From Narcine bancroftii (Eukaryota), in the NCBI RefSeq assembly GCF_036971445.1, contig NC_091472.1, positions 13,020,001 through 13,084,000 on the forward strand: DNA of 64,000 nt, given 5' to 3'. Both the position numbers and the translations under genes were made by a program. The notes under the pieces were generated by a model. That model ran no database searches. It was given only the letters and a program-made list of their open reading frames with translations, and had not been told where the DNA came from. The number at the start of each line of letters is the position of its first letter. Positions within the stretch are counted from its first letter, which is position 1. Positions 1 through 11,260 of this stretch are shown piece after piece.

Positions 1-71
1 TTTTTTTTGACTTTGATCTGTTCTGGGTTTGATTGTGTCGTGTTAAAAGCATCTTGTGTTTTGTGTTTCAG

Positions 72-373
72 GGAAGAACGATGGTTCCGTCGGTGGGAAG
101 CAGTACTTCCGATGTAATCCAGGATACGGAGTGTTAGTAAGGCCCAGTCGCGTGGCCAAAGCCTTGGGCTCAGCCAAACGTCGCAGCACTGGGCTCAGGA
201 CACAACCCTCCGAGAATCGGCGAAGTGGCAGCTTTTCAAAGTCCAATCCAAACTTGTCAGCTCTAACCGCATTTGCCAAATCCGAGGGTGGAGCAGGTCT
301 CCGTCCGGGTGACAAGCCTCCTCGGAAGAGCGAGCAGAGGAAATCCTGGTCCTCTGACCAAAAGCCTTGGTGA
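72..373 (+). CDS. KIF13B: KIF13B terminal coding exon (end of CAP-Gly domain and C-terminal tail)
   Basis: Acceptor ttgtgtttcag|GG at 70-71. Translation GKNDGSVGGKQYFRCNPGYGVLVRPSRV...RRSTGLR...RKSW contains the GKNDG CAP-Gly motif and matches the KIF13B C-terminus. TGA at 371-373. Tail-to-tail with HMBOX1, as in human. Confidence 0.93.
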
Positions 374-1704
374 GAAATGAACCAATGAATCCAGTGTTTG
401 GAGTTTGCTGGTGAAGTTTCAGAACTGGATGACCAGACCCAGTGCCTTTTGTGAGTCACACCCTGATCCCGAAGACCCACGTTCCCTAATGCCACTCTCC
501 TTTCAAATGTATTTTTCCTTTCTCCATCAGCTGCTTATCTTTCAGTGGTAATGCGAGGTGATTAAATTTGACTGCATTTTTGAGATTAATGAATGCAGAT
601 GTTTGAGTTTGGAAGGCAAGCCTGTTAATTTTTCTTGTTGCTTTTAACTTTTTGGAAAAGAAGTGGACAGATGAACGAGAAAAGATTGATTCTGCGTAAA
701 GTATTTAATTCTTGCTGAACTTGATTTTATGTGCAACCAGATGATTGATGTGATCCTTGTGTGTCAGGTCTCTGTTAAAGCACCATCCATTCTCTGGGTA
801 ATACAAGGTTGAAAATTAGGAGCTGAATTCTGTGTCCCTGCTTTAGATTTTTTTAGCTGCAGCCTAGTCAGTCCTGAAAAGTTTATTCATTGAATGGTCC
901 TGTGTATTAACAGAGTAACTGGAAAAAAAAATGGAATACATGATTGGGATTTCAAAATAATGTAACTAGACACAGAAAGCTTAGATTTCTTGATCCTGAA
1001 GAGGACAGGAATTCTAAGGAACCAACTCCTGATAGATTAAGCATGGATCCCAGAATTTCCTGAAGTGCAGATTATCTCTGGGAATGTAGTTATCAAAATA
1101 CCTTCTTGCCTTGTAACCAGCGCATGAGCGCATTACCTCATAAGAAACGGGGAATTAAACAGCCATAGTAATGCAGGTCCAATGCCTCTCGAAGCATATT
1201 TTCCAATCACTCTATTCTCTCTGTAGCTGCACTAAATCAGGTTCTGCTTTTAACATCTGGGCGGTATCTATTTTTTGCAAGAAGTGTAAAACCTGCTTTT
1301 AATTTAAAAAATGGCGCACAATGAAAATACTTTGAACATTTGTACAGAAGGATTGCTAGCTTGAGCTGTGCAATTCCTGTTCCTGGGGCTGGACTGTAGA
1401 AATGGACTCAAATAGACATTAAAGGTTGGAGATGGACAACATCTTGAGGTTGCCTTTGTTTGCTGCTGGTCGCAACACCAACATTTGAACCTTTGAGTCA
1501 TTATTTTAAAAATTGATTTCAAATTTTTAATAAAGTTAATAATTTTCATGATTTTAAAGTCTGAGCATCCAATGGGTTTTGTATTAATATTTTAACTGTA
1601 ATTTCTTTTCTCTTGCACTCACAGCCCATTGCTCTCCAATCAATTCCACAATAAAGTATCTGTTTTGTGTTAATTGAGGTTGGCAATCATTGATTGTAAT
1701 ACTA

Positions 1705-2590
1705 GCCCATTTCAAATTGGCACCTTGTCCTAATAATTGATGGCCAATCTACCAGTTAAGGGTCCAGTGTGAAAGCTCTTGAATCGGCACTCAGGCATCC
1801 TCAGATGCCTGATACCTCGGTAGCATTATCCCCAGCGACTGATATCGCCTGCCTGCCAATTAGCCCAATGTGAAAGGGACACTAGTTATCCTGTGTCAAA
1901 TTGGTGACGTGGCCCTGACGTTTTTGTGTGAGTGCAGGAACGTGAAGGAAACAAAAGGTTAAAAGAAGAGCTGTCCGCGCTGTAAACAGTTATATGGTTA
2001 TAAACTTTACCGACATATACAAACCTTTATTAATTTCTAAAGAACCATGGGAAAGTCACAGTGGGAGAGAGAGTGGTGATAGATCTGCCCTTCCAGAATT
2101 CTGTGCAGCAGCTCTGCCGCACAGAATTCTGGGAGGGCAGATCCGTCATCGCTCTTTCCCACTGTCTTTATAAATTGTACGCTATTGCCGCAAGGATTTT
2201 CCCATGGTTTTTATAAATTGCGCGGCTATACTTCCCACAGTCTTTTATAAACGCATAAAGGTTTATATAGATCGGCACCACAACAGGGGCTGAAGGGCTC
2301 ATACTGTGCTGTACATAAAGCTTAATTATGTTATAATTAGGCACGATTAATTTTGCTTAAATACAAAATCATAATACATTGATCAGGATTTGGGGCAGGT
2401 CCACCATCGCTCGATACATCACTCAGTCATCACTGGTGGAGGATAGAAACCCCTATCACTGGGGATGCCTTGTGATGAGTGTGAAAGGACACAGAGAACT
2501 GGTTAACAGTGGTCCAGAGTGAAAGGCAAAAATGGCTTCCTTAACTGGTTCACTGAACGGCCAATCTACTGGTTAGCCAGTGTGAAAAGG
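1705..2590. mobile_element. Non-autonomous DNA transposon (probably PIF/Harbinger-like MITE) in KIF13B 3'UTR
   Basis: Repeated (cca)gtgtgaaag motifs (1768, 1869, 2479, 2518, 2580). Degenerate terminal inverted repeat gcccatttcaaattgg / ccagtgtgaaaagg followed by TAA. Palindromic core. Confidence 0.5.
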
Positions 2591-3967
2591 TAATCTTGTG
2601 GATGTCTTGCAGCCATCATGTGATCTCGTGTGCAATGTCTGCCGATTCCCAGTCTTATTGGGTGGGGCTTTAAAACAATTTTGAGTTAAATGTGTTTCTG
2701 TATTGACTTTGGAAGGCGAAACTGAGATGAAGCAAGTTCTCTATGTATGATCATGTCTACGATATGGCTTTATTTGGGCGATAATGGCTGAATTATTCTG
2801 AGTCGATGTATTCAGGCTGCCCTTTGATGATATTTAAATCTTTAGGCACCATTTGTCAGAATTAAGACTTCTGCTGGCATCCAGAGGGTTACCAGTTGGA
2901 CTAATTTCAAGGAAGCAAAACTTGAAATGAATCATGTGACATGACCAGGGAGTTTCGGCTTGGGGGCAGCTGTATGTCATGGGTGTAATGGGAGTATGAC
3001 GTGAGTGTGGTGCACAAAACACGTTTTGGTGAATATTTCCTGCTGGGTATGTTGAAGATGTAGTTTGTGCATCAAATAACTATCTTCATGTGTACATGTT
3101 TGCATTTTCATCTCTCTACGTAATATCCTCTGTGTAAGAGGGAATAAACTCTTAACAGAAAGGGAGGTTGTTTAACCAAACCTGATCTTGTATATTAAAT
3201 AGGAGGTGTGGGCTATCTTCAAAACTGTCCTCTCACAATTGGCAGCGAAGTGGTGCTTTGTTGGGATTTTTCTTTTTCTTGATAGATTGTTCCTTTCATA
3301 ATTGTACAAGAAGAAATCAGTGCAGACCTCAGTCCACACGGGCATTCAGCAGCACAAATTGAGAAGTGCAGAGGCCAGCACATCCTGGATGTTGATTCTC
3401 AAAAACAAATGCAACGAAAATCACTGAGCTCGTAGAGCCAGGTTTTTGCAACTGTTGAACATTTTTTTGTGGCGGTATGAAAGCAAGCAATGGAACACTT
3501 GATTGCTGGGACCGGCTTTCCACTTGTTGAACTGGTCGCTTGCACACAGTGCAAGATGAACGTGACTGTGATCTTGCTATAAAGTATTATGCTTGTTGGA
3601 AGTGCTGCCCATTTCCTACTGTTCCTGATGCTGATCAGGTGACGTTGCTGTGCATGTCTCTTGTGAGTGCAGCTGGGGTGCGCGCCCCCCAGATGCTTTG
3701 GTAGTGAACAATTTATAAATAGAATATGATGACAGAACATTTGTCTGCAAATGCCAGAGATTAATAGAGATCATAGCTTTAGTATTCTCCACTCTTTTAT
3801 CCTTTTCACGGTTTTAGGTTTTGGCTGGCCAATTTAGTTTTTTTTTCCCCCACAAAACAAGCGCTTACACTTGAAAACAACATGCAGGGACAGTATAGAA
3901 GACAAGTATGGAGCCCACCAGCATCCACACCGTGGCCTGAGCTGCCTCCTTGTAAGTAAGGATGACT

Positions 3968-4180
3968 TTAAATTTATAAATTTGGACACACGGCACGGTA
4001 ACAGGCCCACGAGCCCGTGCTGCCCCATTTACACCCAATTAACCTACACCCCTGGTACGTTTTCTGCAGTGGGAAGAAACCCACTCAGACATGGGGAGAA
4101 CGTACTAACTCCTTACAGACAGCGCCGGATACAAACACCGGACGCTGTAACAGCACTGCACTTCACCGTACCGTTCTAAC
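3968..4180 (-). mobile_element. tRNA-derived SINE (HE1/V-SINE-like)
   Basis: Reverse complement resembles the SINE at 15480-15716 (B-box-like motif, gtttcttccca core, CR1-like tail). Confidence 0.75.
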
Positions 4181-4477
4181 CTCTGGTGTCAGGTTTTATA
4201 CTTATTAAACATGTTCACGTGAATTGGTAATAAGTTATTGGATTGCTGTGGAATCTTGGAAAATCCCTGTAAATTATGGTTTCTTTGAGGAATTTTGGAC
4301 CAGTGATGTCCTTCTAACTGATTTGTGTGGTTGATAGTTCAGCTTCAGTTGATAAGCTAAACTCTGCCTATACATTAAAATCTTTACTATGATCTTGAGG
4401 CCAGTAGAACAAGTGTGTGTAGGTCACTGATAAGTAAATTGCCAATCAATTGAGAAACAACTGTAACTCAGCAGCTA

Positions 4478-4598
4478 AAGACAGAAAATGGTGAAGGAAT
4501 TCACCAGGTCTGCAGCATCCATAGGAGGTGAAGATGTATAACCGATGTTTCAGGCCTGAGCCTTTCTTCACAGCGTCTGCAGACTTGTGTGTTTCACT
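4478..4598 (-). mobile_element. Penelope-like element end with degenerate hammerhead core
   Basis: Minus strand tgaagaaaggctcaggcctgaaacatcgg...gatgctgcagacctggtgaattcc. Confidence 0.6.
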
Positions 4599-5329
4599 TA
4601 CCTCAGCAAATGATCAGTATTTGCAATGATCAAAAGGAAAACGTGCAGTTGTGTGTGCAGACTTTTGTGTTTTACTGCAGTTGATTCAAGGCTGGGTTGT
4701 TTGGTGTTCATCAGGGAAAGGTTTCTGGTGGTCGTCTTGTGAGTGGTGTAGTTGGAAATAGGATTAGTAAATGAAATCATGTATTTGTTTCGAACTGTCT
4801 GTTTCAGAGATTTAAGAGCATCCTTTTAAATATAAATTCTTCTTCACAGTAACATCTGAGGCCTGCGATGTAAATAATCAAGCTGTTTCTGCTGCTCCAC
4901 GCATCTAAAGTAACCTGTGTGCATCGGGCTGGATTTAAATAGTTTATTTATAATGTTTGCAGCTCTACAGAGAAACAGCGACTTTTGCAGAGATCTTGTG
5001 TGTCTTATAAAGAAAAACTTACATTACGACTGCTACTGAAGGGATCTTGGTATGTACAAACCTTTTACATTCCAAGGCTCATCAGTGGCGTGGAGTTTGG
5101 CAAAGGTTTTGGTTTAACACTATTTTGGTTGCAGACTGGATAAAGTATTTACGGAGTTCTGTACTACTTGTTAATCTGTATATCTGCTGGGATTGTATAT
5201 AGAAAGCAGAATTTGAAAATTTTAATGTATGTCATAATTTGGTATTTAAGGGCTCGGTGTAATTGGTGCTTTGCCATCTTGTTGCCTGTAAAAGTTGTAA
5301 TACTTAAATATTCTGTATAACATGCTGAA

Positions 5330-5335
5330 AATAAA
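5330..5335 (+). terminator. Distal polyadenylation signal of KIF13B
   Basis: AATAAA with several upstream TGTA motifs and downstream U/GU-rich sequence. Confidence 0.6.
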
Positions 5336-6673
5336 AGTTTCAATGAACCAAGTAAGTGTCTGCCTTCATTTTCTGCCTGTTGGAGTTTGGAGTAGTTAAC
5401 GATTGAAAGCTCGTGACAGAGGTGAGCTGTATGGTATTAAATCGTGTTGAAAATCCAGACATATCTTGCATCCAGTGCAGCACATGTTGGAAATCTTGTG
5501 TGGAATCACATGAGCTAAGCAGTATTCGTACAGAGAAGCAGAGTTTCGTGTCTTGGGTAATTCTGATGAAAGGTCGGTGATCTGGAAGATTTGCTCCTTC
5601 AGAGCTGGTGTAATGACCCAACTGGAGGGTTTCCAAACCATTTCTGTTTCTGTTCAGCAGTAATCTTGTCTGATTTGATCTTGAGTTGACATTGAAACCT
5701 TTCAAAATCACGTTATTCAGCAGGCCCTGGTGCTGGACCGATTTCCTATAGTCTAAGAAGTGGTGGTGATACGCCTGTAGCTGCAGTAGTCATATTTAGC
5801 CTTTGCGTTCAGGATGGTAATTTAAACAATTGTTCTGAGTTATGGAAATTCACCCATCACTGCACACAACTGTGAAAGCCACAACAAACTGGTCCATTTT
5901 TATTTTTGGTCACACAATACTGTGGGATAAAGTTGGTGTTGATGAGGTCGACAGTCATAGCCAAGTCCCTCTTATGCTGCGCTCTCCACTCCGAGGTCGT
6001 CTCAGAGTGCATCCTCTTCATTGTGAGGCATTTTCTCTGGTGCATTGCATTGTGGGGAGCCACAGCGGCCAGGTCGAGCTCCTTAAAGTAATCTCCCAGC
6101 CTGTACTCCACTTTCACCAAGTTGCCGCTCCCTGAAGCTGCATCATCTAATCTCTCATAAACCCTGATCCTCCCACTTTCTACACCCTCTCCTAATCCAC
6201 AAGCCTTGTGTGGCAGAGAAAATGCCTTGCAAAGGCAGGCAGCATCACACTACATGACCAACGTTCAGGTAAGAGGGAGTGCAGCAACAGAGATCGACAA
6301 CCCAATCGACACGGGATGTCATATCCAAGCCTTGCCCCACACCAGTGAGTGACAAAAAAAATGGATAAAAAATTGGTTCTTTCACAAAATCCTTGTCCAT
6401 CACCTGAGTCAAATGTTGGCCTCTGCTCTTAAATAACATCGGTGGGTCGCTTTATTGTCGCCGAATAAACATGTTTGATATAGGAAATTAACATCTCCAC
6501 CTACATCGGATTCGGTGGGGAAAGGGGGTTCATAACGTAGGGAGCACCTGTATTCCCAGTGATCTGTTTAACTTGAAGGCCCAAGTACTCAGTCGTGAAT
6601 TTGCACCACAAAATGCAACAGATATGAACAATTGGAAGCACATTTTAAAAAACAACAAGACAATTTAAATTAG

Positions 6674-6679
6674 TTTATT
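6674..6679 (-). terminator. Candidate distal polyA signal on minus strand (HMBOX1 long 3'UTR end)
   Basis: AATAAA(-) ending a ~300-nt U/UGUA-rich, 3'UTR-like block (6960-6661). Other AATAAA(-) at 6875 and 12191. Confidence 0.45.
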
Positions 6680-8615
6680 TTCCCTACTTGGTACAATACA
6701 GAGATTTAACCAAAATTTTACAAAATAATAATTTGTTAAAACAAACTGTACAAACAGCATCATAACATTTTTGTGGAACAGTCTACTGTCCAAAAAAGGC
6801 ACTAATTCAGAATAGGAACAAATAAGATTGTACAGGACTCAAAGGAAAATACACCTTCTGCTCTGTATATAACTTTTATTTTAAAAAAATCTAAGGCTTT
6901 TAAAGGTTATCCTGTTCAGCGAGTGAATTTTTCAATGCAGGTTTGTCACATTTCCTGTCCATTTTTTATCCTCTCTCTTACCCCCGATGCTGTCTCTTCA
7001 TCTGGGCTGGCCATGGAAAGGCAAAACTGATTTTGTAGAGCAAAATTACTGCTTCCTTGATGGAACTTTACCTACAGCATCCACCTGATGTTACATTTCG
7101 ACTTGCGTGGTTCCCAGTTTTGGAGTCGATGAGCTACTGCAGGGAGGAGGTAATCTGATAATCATTCAAAATCGAGACCTATTCAAAAGTCGAGCCATAA
7201 TAGCTCAAGGCAAGACTGTCGTCCAACCTTTCTCACTTAAATCATTGAGAATTTGGCCAAAGCTGTAGTGAAATGTCAGGTTGGAATCAAGACACGGTTG
7301 CAGGAGCCTGAATTAGCCTAATTCCTCACTACAAATTTAGATCGGCTCTGCCATTTTGTGGCTGAGCGCAGAATGATCTTCCCCTCAGAACAACAGGAAG
7401 CGAGTTGACGAAGGTTTGAGAATGTCAACAATTAATGTGCACCCACTAATGCTTTTAGAACAGGAAGAACAATGATTTGTTTTTAATGTTCTTTACATTC
7501 AGCCAAACCACTTTCCAATTTTGTGAAAAAATAAATTGATAGTAAGTGGAGAGGTTAAAAGCAAGGAATTCTCCTGGGACTTGTTGAGGCAGAATCTATT
7601 GCAGTTTTAAAAGAGAACATTGGATATGCAAGTGGGTGTATCCTCATGGATTGGGGTAGTTTTGAATTGTCCTGGCGTAGAGGATCTAAAAACTATCAGC
7701 TGTGTTGTACGAGCCCTTGGTTCTACGACTATCCACTTAGTCTCTCGCTGTGCCTGCTTTCTCCCCCAACCCCAATCCTCAAACAGGTTTGTATTAAAGC
7801 AGCAATAAAGAATGACGAGTTGAGCCAAGTTGGCATCAGACATTACAGAAGAATGTTAGTACCTGTAGCATTGTTTTAAACCCCGTCTTGAAACGAAATC
7901 CACCTGTTACATTTGCTTCAAGGTTCAAGAGCCCCAAAGTGTAACTTCCAAAAATTGATTTCAGACTTGAACTTCCTTGTGCTGAACTGACCTCAAATCG
8001 TTGGCGAAACTGCTGTGCGTCCCTTTACCGTTGAGCCTCAAACGGAATGGAACACTCAAGGTTCCTTCTGGGCTACCCTGTGAGTGACATCCCATTTCTT
8101 GGCTCCAGTGAAAGTGCACAAGGCACAATTGGGCACCAGATCACTCATCCCCACCACCAGCTTCAGTTTCTCAGCACAAATTAGAAGCCAAAAAGATCCC
8201 AAATGGGGTAAATGAGGTCTGGAGATGCTGGAAATGTGTCCATTGCTTCTCATGGACACTGTCTGACCTGCTGAGTTTCTTCTGCTCTCTGCATATTACT
8301 GCTGTGTCCTTTACAGAGTTTCATCTCCTCCCTTGTATATAATTACCACACACAGCTGCCAAAATAGCTAATGCAACACGTGTCCAAGTGGGATGGACCA
8401 TGCCAGTGTGCTGCATCCTTCCCTTTGGAAACTGGCATGTTCCCTTTCTGCTTGGCTAAAAATGTCAACTTCTTGCAAGACCAGTCCAAGAATGGAATCC
8501 AGGTCTCTAAGAATTTAAGTCAGTGTTGATTCTTCCAAGGAGTGTACTTCTGAGTGAGGGATCTGGATGGTTTTGGGCATGCTGTTTGTTGATCTTTCTG
8601 CCTTATCCATAATTA

Positions 8616-8762
8616 AAGGCCCTTTCAGGGTGTGGACCATCTTAACAGCCCAGTAGACAGCCACCGTCTGCCGTAAGGTAGAATGCAGCCATCAGGCAGT
8701 GCAGCGTTGACACATCCTGTGACATTTAATAGACAGCTCTTCCCCTCCTGTGAAAGGACATA
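8616..8762. mobile_element. Short Harbinger-like MITE remnant
   Basis: Ends ggccctttcag ... cctgtgaaaggac resemble the termini of the 1705-2590 element. Confidence 0.35.
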
Positions 8763-8869
8763 GATAGCAGTAACTTCTGGCTATGCACGATAATGTGGAA
8801 CCAAGTCCAATGGTCTGATCTGCTCCAATATTTCAATTTGATAATCTGGTGTCATGATCTGCATTAATA

Positions 8870-9210
8870 CGGCCAAGAGTAGAATTGGGCTGTTTGACCC
8901 ATCAAGTCTGTTCTGCTATTAATAAGAAAGAAAGAAATAGGAGCAGGAGACGACCGTCCGGCCCGTCGAGCCTGCTCCGCCATTCAATGAGGTCATGACT
9001 GATCTGATGATAGGCTCATCTCCACCTACCTGCCTTTCCCCATGATTATGACTGATGCATTTGTCCTCTCAACCCCATTTACATTTGACACTGAACCTAT
9101 CAACCTCTGCTTTAAATGCACCCAATGACTTGGCCTCCACAGGCCCTCTGGTCCTGGACTCTCTCACTGCTGGAAACATCTCCACGTTCACTCTATCCAG
9201 CCCTTTCAAT
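8870..9210 (-). mobile_element. CR1 LINE 3' fragments
   Basis: Reverse of the CR1 tail (ataggagcaggag...gagcctgctccgccattcaat...gatctga). Confidence 0.75.
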
Positions 9211-9954
9211 ATTCAGTATGTGAAAATTGAACATATTTAGAGAAATAAAACCCACCCCAGTGAAAATGAATATATCTTTCAGACGAAGGCTGCAGTGAGA
9301 GAAGCACTGCTTTAAAAAGCCGGGAGTGTCACTGAATATGCTGTGGCCTGCTGAAGCAGTAAGATCTGGGGCAAGCTCACTAAAGGACATTTGTATGCCA
9401 GTTTTAGAGGAATCTCGTGACTCCATGGTCGCCATTGTTGACTCCAGCATTTTATTCTACGGTTAGTTGATGAAATTCAATTTCTCGGCTTGTAGTCTCA
9501 GAACTTACCAACGTTCTGCTAAATCCATTACTCTTAACGACACCAGCCCAAGACTAATGTCGATTGGTATCACATTATTTGCCATAGGCTGGTAAAAGTG
9601 TGTCTAGTTTGGGAAGACAAACATCCAAATGAAAAGTTAAGATTTCAGGTTTATTTGGAATTGTATGGTAATCGGCAACATTCAATTGACATCCTTAAGT
9701 AGTTTAATCCCTGAATTTATAAATTGCACACTTCAGTATTGTGTTTGGCCCCAGGTACTTGGTACCCTGCTTATAACAGAGGTAGATGGAATTTTAAATT
9801 AATGGAGATGATTGGTAACTCATTATTGAAACTGCACGTTTCCATTAATGACACGTGGAAAATCAAAGATCATTGCCCATCAATAGCAGATCAGGTCAAC
9901 CTCTGCCCAACATGGACTCTGCATCTAACTGCACCAGTTTGATTTGTGATTGTT

Positions 9955-10262
9955 AATTATAACAATTACAGCACGGAAACAGGCCATTACAGCCTTTCTA
10001 ATCTGTGCCGAAACTCTTACACCCTCCCAGTCCCACTAATCTGCTCTCTACCTATAACCCTCCATACCTTTTCCATCCATAGAGCTATCCAATTTTTTTC
10101 TTACAAGGTAATATTGTACCTGTCTCTATTACTTCCACTGGAAGCTCATTCCACACAGACACCACTCTCTGAGTGAAGCAACTCTCTCTTGTGTTACACC
10201 TAAACTTCTACCCCCTAACTCTCAGCTCATGTCCTCTAGTTTGAATCTTCCCTATCTTCAAT
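9955..10262 (-). mobile_element. CR1 LINE 3' fragment
   Basis: ataacaattacagcacggaaacaggcc tail, reverse orientation. Confidence 0.75.
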
Positions 10263-10399
10263 GGAAAAAAATTGTGACAATTGCCCGATGGAACAAGGCA
10301 CAGGTTGAGATTCTCCAAGTCCAGCACCCTGGGAAACTGACCACGAACAACCAGGCCACAGAAATGACTGCAATCATATTCTCCTCTGCAGCAGAATTT

Positions 10400-11260
10400 T
10401 TAGTTAAGGTGAAAGGGGGAAAGTTTAGAGGGAACATGAGGGGGAAGTTCTTCACACACAGTGGTGGGAGTGTGGAACAAGCTTCCAGCTGAAGTGGTGA
10501 ATGTGGGATCAATTTTAACATTAAAGAAAAATTTGAACAGGTCCATGGATGGGAAGGGTACAGGTCAGTGAAATGAGGAAAAAAAGTGGTTCAGCAAAGA
10601 CTAGAGGGGCCGAGGTGGCCTGATTCTGTGCTGTAATTGTTCTATGGTTCTAAGTAGAGACACTTCGCAGAACAATGAAGGGTTATAAGAACTGTCGGCT
10701 GAGATTGCAAATGTTATACTCATTGTTCCCTGAAGGTAGAATTTCATGTAGAAAGGGTGGTAAAGAAGGCTTTTGGTATGCTGGCCTTTATAAATCAAAG
10801 CAGAGAATACAAGAGTTGGGAGGTGATGTTGAGGCTGTTCAAGGGATTGGTGAGGCCAAATTTAAATTGGATAGGTATATGGATGGGAGGGGAATGGAAG
10901 GTTATGGCGAGGGTGCAGGTAGGTGGGACTAGAGGAGAGGACTTGGCTCGGTGTAGACTTGAAGGGTTGAGATGGCCTGTTTCCGAGCTGTAATTGTTAT
11001 AAGGTTATAAATTACAGGAAGGATATCAGTAAGATTGAAAGAGTGATGTTGCCAGGTCTTCAGTTGAGTTACAGGGAAATATTAAGCAGGTTTGGACTTT
11101 ATCAAACCTCCCCCATTCTTCTGCAAGGAATAGAAGTTTTCAAAATCACGAGGGGTATACACAGTAAATGCGAGGAGGCTCTTTCCACTCTGATTAGGAG
11201 AGATAAATACTAGAGGACATGGCTTTAGGGGGAAAGGTTTAGGGGGACCTTCTTAACTCT
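10400..11260 (+). mobile_element. CR1 LINE 3' fragments (several)
   Basis: KKAFGMLAFINQSREYKSWEVMLRLFKGLVRPNL (CR1 ORF2 C-terminus) and CR1 tails. Confidence 0.8.

Larger units (their letters stand above)
374..5355 (+). other. KIF13B: KIF13B 3'UTR (long form)
   Basis: Follows the stop codon. AU/UGUA-rich. AATAAA at 1529, 1650, 3143 and 5330; the last is preceded by a UGUA-rich block typical of mRNA ends. Confidence 0.6.

Noticed and set aside
43-495. 150-aa antisense ORF over the KIF13B exon
   Set aside because: Shadow of the real + strand exon; no independent support
5900-6060. Resemblance of RKCL..MK / W...RDL / NFIPQY to the Mab-21/cGAS C-terminus
   Set aside because: Spacing is too short and no catalytic motif is seen; likely coincidence
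8080-8540. Minus-strand AKKWDVTH and KNQH peptides reminiscent of bunyaviral L motifs A and F; LGEG (~6190) and HYTSS (~5610) also suggestive
   Set aside because: The catalytic Asp is missing, the spacing is wrong and no SDD/GDN motif was found; too weak to call a viral polymerase
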